Positions 11,226 through 25,055 are shown, numbered from the stretch's first letter. The stretch: 64,000 nt of DNA from Camelus dromedarius (GCF_036321535.1 NC_087436.1:21888001-21952000), one strand, 5' to 3'. The notes: generated by a model not told the origin, from the sequence alone. Numbers and translations: made by a program.

Positions 11226-13600
11226 TGGGTCTATGTATATGAATTGATAATTACCCTTTACAGTGGGAACTCTAAACTGGGTTACAATTTTCTGTCACAT
11301 CGGTGCTCTTTCCTTATAAATACCTTTATTTCTTTTATCTTCAAACCATTTTATTGCCAAATGTTGCTGTTTCTTTTCCAGCTCTGTCACCTCATTTCTC
11401 TTCAATTAGCCTAATCTGGAGGGCCGTTTGCATCTATTCGTGAATAACATAAACAAGCATGTACCATTTAGTTAATGACTTGGATTTGGTTTAAGTCTTA
11501 AAATGAAGCCAACTTTCCCAGCACAACAAACGACAGACTCTTACGCATGACAAAGGTCCATGCTGCCAATAAGAAAACATGCCATTCCTGTCTCTTTGAA
11601 TTTTACCTTTCATTTTCAGCTTTACTGCTTTAAAAAACTGACAGTATCCAGCTTTCGTTCTGTCATATCAGTTGACCTATTTTCTGTTTTGAAAGCGATA
11701 TTCATCTTTCTGCCTACTGGAGGGTCTCTTCGCTGCTAAAAAGAGCTTTCTTTAAAGGGCAAAGCCATCTAAGATCAAGTCTGTTGGCCTCTGTACTGGT
11801 AAGGTGAGTAATGTTTTGACTTAGAGCTGGGGCTCTGAACCCAAGCATCGGACATTATAGTCTGCATCTTCCTGTCCTGATTTCCATGGTCAGTCTAGGG
11901 ACTTTCACCTCAATGGCATTTTATTCTCTCTTCAGGCTTTAGAAGAAAATGTAGCAATAGTGAACATTTCCAAATAACATGAGAAGAAAGAATAGCATGG
12001 AAATTATTAAGCAGGCTTTTAGGGACATTTTTTCCCTTCTTTTTTTTTTGGCCTTATTGCCTCTCTGATTTTTCTCCTCATGGATACTGAATTAAACTCT
12101 CAACAATCTTTAATTTTTTTTCTTTAGCACACAAATGGATTTTATGTGAACACTTGGGAGCTGGACAATTCTGTTCCCAGAAGTGACAGAATTTCTTTCT
12201 TATTTTCGAGGGCACCTTGGTCACCAGTGTGTCCCTGCTCCTGGTCTCTTTGAAGGTTAGCATTCATGCCTGTCATTCACTGAGGGGAAAAAGTCCTAGA
12301 ATTTTCCTTGTGACCTGGGACATATGGGGATGTAAGTGTGTGTTACAAAACTCAATGCATAAAGCTGCTACTTTTGATACAGTCTGGCTCATGGAGAGAT
12401 GGGATTTAGCTGCTTATAATGAGAATTTGATGTGACCGGAAATTGAACAGAAGCATCTTTTTATTGAAGGTGCTGAGCCTTATAACAATCATTGTGGCAG
12501 AAGTTATTATTTTTCACATTACTTTTCAACTATAAAACCTTTCAGGCCTCATAAGAAAATCCCTATCCTTGTTCAAGCAACAAAAAGCTTGGTACCTTTT
12601 TCTTTACATCCACATAAAGCCAAACAATGTACCCCACTCTTTAAAGATCTGTCTCAGTTTTCCTCTGTGTTACAGATCTTCTTTTTCTCTTTCTAGCGCA
12701 GAACTGTCCTCTCATGAAATCTCATTTTTCCTCTTTTTTTCCCCTGTGAGACTCTCAAGGGAAAAAAAAAAGAGAGTGAGAGAAAAGAAATCTAGACAGG
12801 ATGCTGGAAACTTGAAATGTACATAGAAACTTTTTTTTTTAAGATTTTTTTTACACTTTAGTTAGTATCTTTCTTACAATGCATACAAAACATTTCAGTC
12901 TTTACAGAAGATCAATACCCCAAAAAAATATCGAATTAGATATTTGAATTAAAGCTAGGAGAAAAGCATTCTATTTCTTGCTCCATTCACAAATCAACTT
13001 TAGAAACTTGAATAAGTCATTCAATTTTCCTCCTTCAGTTTTTCTGTTTTGAAATGGGTATCTATTCAAATGACATTACTTTGTGAATTGATTTCTGTTT
13101 TGGAAGTATTTTCATCTCAAAACTTTTTTTTTTTAAGCAGTACTATGTTTTATTCTTTCTCACTAGAAAATATATCTAGAGAAATTAGTAGAGAATTTTT
13201 TAATTTTCATTTTTGGTCTTCCAGCAGATCTGATAAAAAATAGTTTAAGCTCTAATCTCCTCTATATTTATGAGTTATCTTATTAGTGAGTTAAACTCTA
13301 ACATATAAATTCTGTAAATTTAAGTATGGTCTTATTAAATATTTTTCTCTGGAATTTATAATGCTGGTTTGGCAACTATTCCCTGAAGAACAGCAGGTGA
13401 TATTAAAAGTGTCACTTCAGTTTTCACCAAAATGACAGTAGAGATTTTATTAACCTGTGTGAGGATGATTTTTTAAAATCAATACTAGCATTTATGAGCT
13501 TTGGGGATTAAGAAGTATCTTAAATTCAATAGACAGGCTGGTTGCCCTGTGTTCATGCACCCTCCGAGCTGTAGAAGGGAGGACCAAGTCAGGTTTATGG

Positions 13601-13617
13601 TTTTTTTTTTTTAACTT

Positions 13618-13656
<39 letters not shown>

Positions 13657-13778
13657 TTTTTGTCTTTGTTTTTGTTTCCTTTTTTTTTTTTTTTTTTTGT
13701 TAATGAAGATACTGGGGAATGAACCCAGGACCTTGTGCCTGCTAAGTATGCGCCCTACCACTGAGCTATACCCTCCCC
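13601..13778 (-). mobile_element. Camelid tRNA-Ala-derived SINE (Vic-1 type) with A-rich/(TAAA)n tail
   Basis: Reverse complement ggggagggtatagctcagtggtagggcgcatacttagc...ggtcctgggttcattccccagta contains Pol III A and B boxes; T-rich tail at 13601-13700. Confidence 0.9.
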
Positions 13779-16700
13779 ACAGGTTTGTCATAGTTGTGGC
13801 AGTAGATACTTCCAGAAGGTGTGTTTCACACTACAGGCTTCTGGTGTTGAGGATTCCATCTTGCCAAAACACTTCTGTAGTGATATCAGTAGAGAAGACA
13901 TTGCTTCATAACCCCAGTGTGTGAAATTAGAGGAGACATATTTGAACGTTTCTATTTCTTGCTGCTTATCTGATGTGAAGTGATGAGGGTTCTACAGAAT
14001 CCAGTCCTGGCACACCACTCAGATGGCTCCAGGCAAATCAGATGGACAGAATTACAGCAGCCCTAATCCTACTGTAGGCTTTTAAAAGTGTATAAAAGCC
14101 AGGTCCATGAGTTAAATGTAAATAAACAACTCAAAGCTTTTTAAACATGTAATATGATGGAGAAGAGCAAGCAATAATAAAGGGTAATTCAACGGTTTTC
14201 TTTTCTCATTATTTTTAGTGTCCTCTTGGCAAAATGTTCCACTTCCGCCCTGAGAGTTTAAAGTATTTTAATGCCAGATCTAGGTAAGCTAGTGCCTTAA
14301 TTAATACATGTTTTAAGTTGTCCTCGGTTTGTCTGTAAAGGGCTATGATTACAAGATTAAATACATATAGAAGTGCAGGTGATACTCTAGAATTACATCA
14401 CAATATTGATAAGATCGATGCATATGATTTTACTGTTTGCAAGCCCACTGCTGCACTGAAACATTAAAGGTTGCTTTTAACAGGACATCCTGGCTTTTTT
14501 ATGCTTTTGAATATTATATGCGAGTATCCATAAAAATAAGAGGTCAATCCTCCGCTTCTAATCTTGGTTCATTAAATACAAGGGAGACATTAAAAACTAA
14601 CATGAAAAAAGTATTCTCCTCAAGTCACGAAAATGAAACAAAAACAGAAGAGTGAAATCAAATTGTAGAGCACAACCACTCTCGAATGCCTTAGGTTCTT
14701 AGCTCTTAACATCCACACCATCATTCCTCTTTCCATTAGTCCATAGTCATTCCTTTTTGTCACACTTGATTGCAACTAGAAATGAGAAGCATTGTCACCC
14801 CTGCAGGTGCATTAGCCCTTTAGCTAACATGACCACTGGGAGAATCTGAGAGCCGCATCGACTGGAATCATGGTGCCCTGGATGTTACTAGCATCCCCAG
14901 CCTCCAGGTCTCCTGTCCTTTGAACCACATGGAAAATCTGGGCTTCCCAGCCCCTTGAAGATGGGCAGGACCCCATGAGCACCTCCGGCTAATGAGCCGT
15001 GAGGAGTGATAGTGCTGATTCCAGGCTGACGCTGTGAAAAGCCCCTTGTGATCCTCTGATCCCTCTTCACTTGCCGGGAATTTAAGAAGGAGACTTGGTC
15101 CAGATGAAGCTTTGAGAAGTTGAGGCCTCCTTCAGCTCACTAGTCCCTGGTTCCTACATAGAACAAATTCTTTCCCACCTCCCAACACCCACTGAACATA
15201 TAGGAAAAGGGGAAATAGAAGAAACCCTCCAGTAGGCATGTAAACCTGTCTCATGTTACTCCACTGAGATTCCCAGGTAGATTTATTAGCAGCCATACAG
15301 CCTCTCCTGCCCTGAGTAGTTTCTACAGATTGAATAATTTCCTCACCTGCAGGCTTCGTATTTAGCTATAATAGTAATAACTGTTTCTAAAAGAAGCCCT
15401 ATCTCCTCCTTAACTTTTAGTCTTCATCTTTCTTCTTCCCTCATCTTCTGCTGCCAAAATCAAATGGTGGTCAGTGTCTCCTCTGGGCCAGGATGATGAA
15501 ATTTGGAAGATAGTAAAGGTGTAAGGAAAAGTGGGCAGGACATATAAATATTATGAATTCAGCACACAGAGCAGAATCCGTCTGGATATCAAGCCACAAA
15601 ATGGGCAACAAGGGACCAGAATACACTGGCTGAGCTCAGAATTTGGGGGTCAAAGTTGAGAAGAAGGCTCAGACAGAGGAACGGTGCCAGGCTGTGGGCT
15701 CTTCCAGAGTTTTGAGATGACAGGTGCGGTGTAGAATTCAGAGTGAAAGACTGTGACCAGTGCATTAGGACTGAAAAGGGCAAGTATGGTTGTCTTGGTT
15801 GGTACTACGGATGTGAGTCAAGGGCTTGCCAAGGAAGCAGAGACTCAGATGTAGAGGAACTAGGCAATGAGGTCAAATCCAACCCGGAGCAACCATGCTT
15901 CAAATACAGCAGTTAGAGACAAGATTGACTGTCTCCAAATTGCTTGTTTGGAATTCTTTGCGGCTCAGGGGGTGGGGCCAGAACCTAGAAGGGGAAGTAG
16001 GGGGCTGAGCCCACAGATGAGACCAGAAGCCCTGAAAGAACAGACCTTAGACATCGCTGTAGAACCCTACCATTTCTGATGGACTGACTTTGGGGATCTC
16101 AATTCCAGTGTTTACTTTATATGGCATTTTAGTTGACTTAATTCCATCTTAAATTTCATCACAGATGGTCCCCAGGGCTACCTCAGTAGTTTGCTTTACT
16201 AGTTATCAGATACCTGGGACGACCCTCCACAATTTGGGGCTTTATACTTCCCAGGACCACATCCTTGCAGGTTTTATGACGGGGAGTGGAACATGAGGAA
16301 GGGCCCTTGGAGCATGTGCCTGTCATCCTGAGGGTGTACCCTGTTCTGGCCCCGACAGTGGCCCGTGTGGCCCCAGAGGGTCATGTGACCTCTCGGCTGT
16401 TTCTTCCCCTGTGGAGGCAATGGGTCTGTGTGTTTGTGTGAGGTGTGCGTGTGGGTGGACTTGGTGAACTTCAAGACCTCTGTGTCTCCTCAGTTCTCTA
16501 AAATAATTCTCAGAGGGGAGTCTGACTTTCAGAGAATTTCCATTTCTGAGAAATAAAGGAACTTTACACGCCCCCCCCCTCACCGCCCCCGTCCTCACCT
16601 CTTATCCAGGTTGCTTCTAACATCAGAACCTACATTCAGCTCCAACATCTATCCATTCATTATTTTCTCCTCCCCAAAACTCTTTTTCCAAAGTTCCTGT

Positions 16701-17699
16701 CAGCAGCCCTACCCTGGCCGACTGCCAGACTTCCTCCAGCTCTGTCGGCACCATGAGGACTTCAGAAGATGCTCCCCTTGCACCAGCGAACCTCTCCAGG
16801 CAGCTCTTTGAAAGCCTCTCCGGGGCTGAGCAGCTGTGTTAAAACCTGACGTGGGGTGTGATGTGGGGGGCTGGCTGCCGGCCCCCTCCCTGGCAGGTCA
16901 CAGCAGGACTATTTTGAGGAGCAGCTTTGTGTTGTATTCGTTCTGACACATCACAAAAGAGAAGAAAGAGCCCCTTCCAGCCCTCCGTCTTCTCTTCTCC
17001 TGCCTGAATGTATGGGGAGAGGGTGCTGGGTTCCCAGGCATCAGCTCAGATGATCAAAACTGCAGCCGACACTTTCCGCTGCAAATTGTGCCTCACTTTA
17101 GCCCTTTACCTTCTTGCTCTAACTGCTTAGATAATCTTTCTGACTCAGAGTGGAAATAAAACTGTCTTAGGTGATAGAAAACATTTTTTTCCCCAAATAG
17201 CACATCAGCAGGACATCTCCCCGTGCATAACCTGCCCTCTTGCCGAAGTTAATTTATCCCAGCCTGAGCTAACGGTTTTTCTCCCTGTGACTCTTGATGC
17301 CTCTCCTTCCCCTGTGACCCTGTTTTGGTCCATGGTACCAGCTTTCTTCCCACTCTCCAAGTCTTGGCTTCTTATTAAATACTTTCCTCTTTATCCCTTG
17401 TATCTTGTCAGACATTAAGTTCTTTTACCTTTTTCCCATATTGTCTCTAATATATGCACCTTTTTCTGTTTCAGTTACCATCCCCCCAATCCATGTCCCC
17501 ATTTAAAAACCAGTAACTGTTTTTCTCCAGTTCCGTACTTAGTAACCGAGGGGGGATGTGGTGGAGCTCCCACTGGGTCGGTGGCAGGGGGATCAGAGCC
17601 TGCATGGATCAGGGAAGTAAGGAGGAGACTCCCAGGGGTCATGTTCAGGGACTGCGCTTTGACCCTGCGTGGTCTAGTGGACAAAGCCCTCCCCGGGTT

Positions 17700-17810
17700 G
17701 GCTGAGGTCCTGGGTTCTGGTTACAGATGTAGCTTGTGAGACAAGGGAGCTCTGAGCCTCTGTTTCCTTACCTACCACTTAGAGGGTTAAATTCATCCCA
17801 TCTCTACAAT
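17700..17810 (+). mobile_element. MIR fragment
   Basis: tcctgggttctgg...ctctgagcctctgtttcctta core-like motif. Confidence 0.45.
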
Positions 17811-18574
17811 CCTGCCTCCATGTGCCCACAGGTCACCCACAGCTTAGAACTCTCTTCTCTCACCAAATAGGAAAAAAAATAAATATATGCATTTCTGCTG
17901 GTAGGCGGAAACAGAGATTTTTTTTTTTCAATCAGCCTGAGGATCTTCCTCCTATTCACGCTGGCTCTGGACACTCTATACGTCAAGTATAAAATGCCCC
18001 CTGACAGCCAGTTAGTGTCTAATAAATATGTAAGTGGATTACATTGTAACTAAACCTTGCGGAGCTTCCCTCCTCTCCACCCGACAGCTGCTGTCTCTAT
18101 CAGTACACTTTCGGGCACTCACCTGGGCTGCTGGACTTGCTTTCTAGATACAGGATCTTTGCCATATTTTGTCGACCTCCAATTTGTCCTTCACAGCATG
18201 CCTGAGTGTCCCAGAAAATTCCTGGTGGCTGCACTCTGATAGCTGAAGGCACTTGTACAGACTCTGCTTCCCACCTTCTTGCCCACCCCGCCTCTTCGGC
18301 CTGATATGGTTGCAGCCAAGTGCTTGGATTCTTCATGGCTTGGACTTTCAGTCTTTCTCATTTGGGTATGCTGAATTCTCCTTGGCTACAGATGGTCCTA
18401 TCTGGAGGACAGTCCTTAGTGACACCCCCACCAGGCCCTCAGGACCCCAGCATGGATGCAGGGGCGCCGGGAGGGTGGATAGGAATTCCTAGGCACAGGG
18501 CTTGGGGCAGAGCCTCCCGGCAGAGGGAGCAGTACCTGAGGTTTGGTGACAGGAAAGAACGGAAATGCTTAAGG

Positions 18575-18785
18575 CGTCATTCTACCAACTTTTCAGTGTG
18601 ATATTTGGTTATAAATAGGTTTTTCATCATGATGCAGTACACATATAATTGAAAAAAAAAGTTCTGGCAAATAACATTCTAATGTGTTTCTCTTCTTTCA
18701 TTTCATTAAAATAAAATGCTGATCTTGACCAACTAAATTGCTTTCACGCCTCACTAAAATCCATTAGCGAGGTTGAAAATACAAA
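18575..18785. mobile_element. Ancient hAT-Charlie-like non-autonomous DNA element
   Basis: tcttgaccaactaaattgctttcacgcctcactaa...gttgaaaatac resembles a Charlie-type terminus; subfamily not assigned. Confidence 0.45.
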
Positions 18786-18819
18786 AAAAAAAAAAAAAAA
18801 GTGCTGCTTTAAGGTCCAG

Positions 18820-19610
18820 ATTGGATGGAGCCAGGGTGTGAGGGGTAATGTGACGAAGATGAAGCTGGAAAGGAAAGTTAAATCAAAACCCGCGGTGGCT
18901 TGTCTGCTGGTTAAGCTTGTCTGTTGTTAGCTTAAAAGCCACAGAAAAACACTAAAGGGTTTCGGCAGTGGGTCATGTCACACTTGGAGAGGTTTGCATA
19001 ATACTCTGGCTGCAAACCGATTTGAGGGTATCAAGAGTGGGTGAAGGTGGTCAAAGGGTACACACGTCCAGGTATGAAATAAGTAAATCCTGGGGGTGTA
19101 ATGCACAGCATGGTGACTAGAGTTGAATACTGTACTGCGTATCTGAAAGCTGCTAGGAGAACAGATCTTAAAAGTTCTCATCACAAGAAAAAAAACCTTT
19201 CTAACTGTGTGTGATGATGTATGATAACTAGACTTACTGTGAGGATTATTTTGCAACATTTACATATATTGGATTGTTATGTTGTACACCTGAAACTAAT
19301 ATAATGTGATACATCAATTATATCTCAATTTTTAAAAAGTAAAAAAAAAAAAAAAAAAAAAGCAAGTGTGGGAGACCAGTTAGAGGTGTTTCATACTGTT
19401 CTAGGTGAGGAACGATAGCTTTTGGAGTAGGAGGTGGTAGAAGAGATGGAGAAGTGGACACTTTGAAGCTAGTGAATGGAGGACAGAATTTGTAGGACTT
19501 AACAGATGTTGGATCTGGAAGTAGGGCCAAGGATGGCTGGGTCTCCAGCCGGTGGAATAAAGTTGAAGGTGCACCCATACACTGAGAAGGGAAGACCTGA
19601 AGAAAATCAC
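18820..19610 (-). mobile_element. L2 element interrupted by an L1 3' end
   Basis: ggagaccagttagaggtgtttcatactgttctaggtgaggaacgatagc...gagatggagaagtggaca is antisense L2 and continues on both sides of the L1. Confidence 0.75.
19042..19362 (+). mobile_element. 5'-truncated L1 3' end with polyA tail and TSD
   Basis: gtaatgcacagcatggtgact...gatcttaaaagttctcatcacaag...cctgaaactaatataatg...caattatatctcaat plus A-run; flanks caagagtggg (19032-19041) and caagtgtggg (19363-19372). Confidence 0.9.
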
Positions 19611-19614
19611 ATGG

Positions 19615-20090
19615 TGGGTGTGTCTTCGTGTGGTCTTCTCAAGAAGCAGATGCCAAGATGGATTTAAGGGTTAAGTGGTTTATTTGGGAGTTGATGCCAG
19701 GGAACACCAATGGGGAAGTAAAGAAGTGAGACCGAGAAGGGAAGGCAGGCAATAAAAGGTGCATTTTTCAAGGGATTTACCACCATGGAGTTCAAGAGCT
19801 TATGCCTGTTGGGAAAGTCTAGAAGCCAGCATGGAACATGTGCCTTGGGGTCACCCCCACCGAAGGGGAGGGAAGCTGCAATATTTATGCCCCAGCTCCT
19901 CTCCTGTCAGTTGACTAGTGGGCATCAACTCTCCAGCAGAATTGCTTGCCCTGTGGGGTAGGCAGAGTGGACTCCAATGACCAGGGAAAACCTTCAGACA
20001 AGAGATGCAAATGCTGGAAGTTGGGAGTTGGGAGTTGGGAGTATGAACTGAAATAATAAAGCCAAGGGGATACAGGCAAGGCACAAGATG
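19615..20090 (-). mobile_element. LTR33-like (ERVL) solo LTR
   Basis: gtggtttatttgggagttgatgccagggaacacc...gaagtgagaccgagaagggaaggcaggcaataaaaggtgc...ccccaccgaaggggagggaagctgcaatatttat. Confidence 0.7.
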
Positions 20091-20260
20091 TTTTTGGTAA
20101 GGGAAGATGGAGGCGGCGATCTTGAACTTAGTTGTAGATCTATTGCATGTGACCTAACTTTCAGAGATGCAAATAGAGACATCACATGATGATATTAGTT
20201 TATTTAATCGACATTGGGGTCCTCTACTGTTTATTATTTCCTGAGGGAAATATTTTATTT

Positions 20261-20428
20261 CCTTGCTTCCCCAAGTATGGACCCCAGACCACCAGCCCCA
20301 GCAGCATCTGGGAGCTGATTCCAAATGCGGAGCCTCAGGTTCTCCCTCAGACCTCCGATTCAGAGTCTGCAGCTCGACAGCATTCCCAGGTGGCTCACAT
20401 GCACATCAGAACTTAAGCAGCGTGCTCC
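20261..20428. mobile_element. MER5-family hAT-Charlie element
   Basis: caagtatggaccccagaccaccagc...catctgggagctg...cagacctccgattcagagtctgc...cccaggtggctcacatgcacat. Confidence 0.75.
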
Positions 20429-21569
20429 TGAGGGCCCATATAACGGGGCATGGGCTTGCTTTTCTGCCACATGCACTCAGTCTCACAGAGCTTCCTTACT
20501 CAACCCTGTAAGAGTGCTTTTAGAGTGCTGGCCACAGCTTTCCTGTGACTTTGGGGTAGAAATCCTGTGCCCTGATTGGTTGATGCTGAGTTACTGCTTC
20601 TCCTCCGAAACAGGCACCCCATGGTTTGGCTGTCATACGCTTCTGGTACAGAACCAGGGCAGGGATCGAAACTAGGAACTCAAACTGTCTGTGGCATCAG
20701 TGTTCAAATGAACCTGAGTAGAACTTAAAATAAAATCCCACATCAGCTAGGGTGTCCCTTCCCTTCAAAGTAGATAAAGTTGGCTCGAATCACTACTCTG
20801 TGTCCTATCCTCTGCCTTCTTGCCATCCGACTTTTTGAAGGTTGCTACATGTGATTGACATTCTCTTGGCCATAGGCCACGCCCAGCTTCTACTGCAGCT
20901 GGGTTGGTTTAGTTTGCAGATCAGCGTGCCCACCCTTGCCTGCTCACCTTCCACTCTGTGTCAACACAGAGCTTGGCACTTGCCTTCTTTTCCAGGAAAA
21001 CAAACAAGCAGAAGTACACAAGGCCTTTTTGTTTCGGGTGTAGGACACACGATAACAGGTTTGAGGAGACGGAAAGGACTTACATCACTTAAATGCCAAC
21101 AATTTAATGGTAGACGATTAAGTCAATCCTTGCCTTAAAAACCCCCTTGGACATTTTTACAGCTGGAGTCCAGCCTCCCGCCTACTTCTGTGCGTCCTCA
21201 GAAAGGAAATTACAAAAGGAAAATACCCTACTAATTCTTTCCAGTTTTTAGTGCACTGTAATTCAGCGTTTAGGCTTCCTTTGTAACCTAGACTCTGCTG
21301 AAGCTTGCAAAAGGCTGCTTTCCAAGCTGTGTAACCAGAAATGGTGCGGACTGCTTCAGAAACACGCGGGCTGAGCCTGGGGAACAAGGGGGTTGTCCAA
21401 GGAAACTGGACTTTGTTGCCAAAGAAAGGATGTGCACTTGCCAGGCAGTCGTAAAGCAACAAATGTCCCCCTGTGGGAAGAGTAGCCTCCTCTTTTCTTT
21501 GTGTTTCTGACTCGTTATCATTTCTTGGAGAGAGTACTTACGCATCTGTGTTGTCACTTACTGGTTGGT

Positions 21570-21750
21570 ATTAGGTCCCTAATATGTGCCAAGCCCACTA
21601 TTCAGTGACTATATCCATTGATTCTTTCGTGTTTGTAACACTGTTGACAAGTTAAGTATTATTATTGTCATTTTACACTTGAAGAAACCGGGATTATGGA
21701 ATTGAAGTGTTTCAGCCATAGTGACACAGCCAGGTAAGTACCTATGTGAC
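21570..21750 (-). mobile_element. MIR
   Basis: tatgtgccaagc...attattgtcattttacacttgaagaaaccggg...gtgacacagcc antisense core. Confidence 0.6.
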
Positions 21751-22978
21751 TTACTTACCTCTCTGTCTCTCCAGCTGGACTCTGGGCTTTGGGGAAAGCA
21801 AGAATCCACATTGTCTTCATATGTGGTTTTGAAGTGCTTGGCCATCTAATATGTTGTAGGGCCCCAGTCATTGTCTGGATTGAATAAATACTTCAAAGCA
21901 CAAGAGATGAGAGGAAAACCTCATTTCTCAGCTATAAAAAAATTCATATATATGTGTATATATATATGTATTTTTGTTCATAGTAGAGAGATCAAGAGGT
22001 AGGGGAGACAATCTTGAAAAGAACTCTATTCTGGATAAGTTCCCTTATCTCAGAGAAGTTTAACTCCCACCTCGAAGGGATTCAAATGAAGAATGAAATG
22101 TGGCTGTCCCCGTGAGCCACTCTTCTACCAAGATTACTAACATCCTGGTTTGCTCATTTTGAGTTCACAGACCTTAATTATGTACCACACAGCAGGACTC
22201 ATCCTGTCTGTTCCTACAGAGAACAGCAATTTGTCTTCCAGACTGTGCAGCAAAGCACAGCTCCCTTTGACCGTGATAGAAAACAGGAAGGAAGGAAGCA
22301 CATCAGACTCTCATCTGCCCACCGGGCGGAGCAGGGTGGGCGCTTCCCCTCTGAGGGGATAACAGCCTGGCCTGTGACCACCACTGGGAGCGCGTGGCTC
22401 TCACACATGATGGTTTTAGTCACAGGCAATGGCCTTGCTGTTGTATTAACCTGGACAAGTCATTTGCCCCCCAGGAGCTTCTCAGTCATCGCATCGAAGA
22501 CAAAAGGGCGATTCTTTCAGAAAGTGAGAATTCACCATTCTGCCAGGCTCCAGCACAGCTGGCTTTTAAAATGCCATCTCCCTCTCTACTTACTCCACTG
22601 GGCGGTGGCCTTACCTGCTCATTGGCATGGGAACCAAAGCAGAAGGGAGCACCTCACCTACCTGGAATTTAATTGCTCTGAACCCTCGCAGGCTCTGGGA
22701 CAAAGCCAGGAAAAGCTGTTACCAGGGAATAAACAAAAAGAGCTGTGAATTGCCACAGGCCCGTGTCTGATGCCCAGTGGCTGTTCTGCCTCCTGAAGAC
22801 AGTCAGGCTGACTCGCCTGGATCTCTGGGACACCCGTATCTCACCATCCAAGGCATGAGTGCTCTTCTAAGATGGGTTCAAATTCTAATTGGTTGAGGGG
22901 CTGTAAAAGGAAGCTGGCTCCCTCCCTCCCTCCCACTGTGTTTACTTTCAAAATATTATCACCCTGGAATGGGGATTA

Positions 22979-23021
<43 letters not shown>
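22979..23021. repeat. (AAC)n trinucleotide microsatellite, about 14 units
   Basis: Seen directly; explains the poly-Thr ORF at 22969-23172. Confidence 0.97.
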
Positions 23022-23022
<1 letters not shown>

Positions 23023-23484
23023 GCACAGACATCCTTGTCATTCAGACTCTGCTGGACTGCCTCCCATGGCTTGCTCCTTCCTGTACCAGCTTCTGGGCAT
23101 TGCTTCCTGCACCTCCTCCCCACTTTGGCTCTGGACCTTAGAATCCAACATTTGGTTAGATCCCTTGATTGAGGTCCAGGTTAGTGTACCCTCTAAATTT
23201 TAGATCACTCTCCTAAATTTTATCTGAACATTCCCCAGATCCTGACTTACGCCCATCACTCTCTGATGACCATGGGCTCCCCATCCTTTGCTTTGCACCA
23301 GAACTGCACCAGTCCCCATCAAAGCGCACTGTCAGGGGCTGGAGGAGATTGCATCCCCAGCAACCCTTAGGAGGGTGAGCACAGAACCCATAAAAAGGAG
23401 AGGGAGAAAGTATTAAAAAAAAAAAAAAAGAGAGAGACAGAAGAAGTAATGAAAAGCACAGGTGGCGGTGTCCAGTGTGAGGCA

Positions 23485-23645
23485 GTTGAAAGGACCCTGG
23501 AGGAGCAGTTGGGAGACCTGGGGCAGATGACTGTTTATGTCCCCTTCCTTACTGCACGTCACTCCTCTCTTGTCATCAGTGTCCTCATCTGTAATTGAGA
23601 AATCTGGACAAGCTCTCCAATCCTGTTTAATTCTGTCATTCTAAG
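23485..23645 (+). mobile_element. MIR/MIR3 fragment
   Basis: gggagacctggg...tcagtgtcctcatctgtaa. Confidence 0.5.
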
Positions 23646-24934
23646 GGCCATAAAAAGTATGCATTTCTGAGGGCCTCCCGGACATAATTTTATTACAGTG
23701 CAGTGTGACAATTAATATTCACCAAAATGACTCTAGGTCATCAAGGAAAAGGACATTATGCCCAATGGACTTTTAAGGAAGGCCACATAAAGTTTAATAC
23801 ATTTTGGAATGATTTTCTGTCAGAATGTTAAATGAAAAAAGTGTGTATCGTATTTGGTCCTTAGAAAGGTAAGCCCTCAGTTACACTGAATATATAGTCT
23901 AGAATGACTAAAATTTTTAAGATTCTGTAGAGTGCAGCTTAATGTATTTGTAAAGGCTTTGATCGAGATAACGGTTTCATACTAAAGTGTTTAACAACAG
24001 CAGAACTGTTTTCCAAATTAAATACTTTAGATGGATTGTTATGAAGGCAATCAGGTTTGCTTTCCTATTAACATGTATTTTCAGTTTTAACACATTAATC
24101 TTGTGTCATTGTTCTTCTGTAAGACAGGGTCATCGGCCATTTCTCCTACTAATTTATATATTGATCTTATCACTTATATTTCAGGAAGTAGATTTTTCTT
24201 TTGATGATATTTTTTCACATTTTCTATTTGGTTATTGACGTTCTTTAAAATGCATGGGCTATTGTTCCGTTCCTGACAGAAAAGCTTTAAAATGCTCAGA
24301 TCACTACTTAAAATCTTACTCATTTGTCATTAAGTCCATGAGTCTCTCAGTGCTGGAAATGTTGCTCTGTAGTGACCAGTATGAGCATCTTGGTTCTTCC
24401 ACTATTTAAGTATTCCAAGGAGATGGCTCTGCAGCCCTTGGGGAGGAGCTTGAGAGATGTGTTTAGCTTTCAAAGCTGCTCCTTTGGGCTGCTCTCCAAA
24501 CTTATCGCTGATCACAGTCATAGCCTATTTCCCCCTCAACTGTGGCCTGTGTTAATAACAGTCCTTAGCTTATATCCAAAATCATTGGAGATGTATTAGC
24601 TTTTTTCTCAATCTTTAAGCATGCAGGCTCTCGAGTAAAATGTGGTGGTGATTAATGCCTGAATTTGTGTTGTTGCTACCTGAGTGTTACAGAACCAATG
24701 ATTTTTTTTTATAGGTTCTTGTAATAGTTTAGTCTCCAGAAGAGACCAAATGTAATATATCAGATTCTAAGTTGGTCTCCAAATTTGTTCTCCAAGGATA
24801 AGGAAATATGATACAATAGAAAGTGGGGAGGCATTATTTCAATGTAAATAACTGGAGATGGGATATTTCCTTCAGGGGAGAAAAGGTAAAAGCAGCACTT
24901 TTCTGCCAGCCAGGGTGTGGCCCTCTCTCACCAC

Positions 24935-25055
24935 ACTGTGTCACTCCAGCCGAGTCACTTAACCTTCATGGTCTTTGCTTTCCTGAGATATAAAATGGGA
25001 TATGAACTCGGTGACCCCTGATGGCCCATTTGGCTCTTTGGTCCTCTGATTTGCT
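24935..25055 (+). mobile_element. MIR fragment
   Basis: gagtcacttaaccttcatggtctttgctttcctgagatataaaatggga. Confidence 0.55.

Noticed and set aside
21759..21845. 87 nt in-frame minus-strand exon candidate (MAKHFKTTYEDNVDSCFPQSPESSWRDRE|GTAAGT)
   Set aside because: The donor is strong, but the acceptor lacks a pyrimidine tract, it sits between MIR- and L2-like remnants, and the peptide is unrecognised
22245..22748. 167 aa plus-strand ORF
   Set aside because: Non-ATG start, no recognisable homology or exon structure; consistent with a chance ORF in GC-richer DNA
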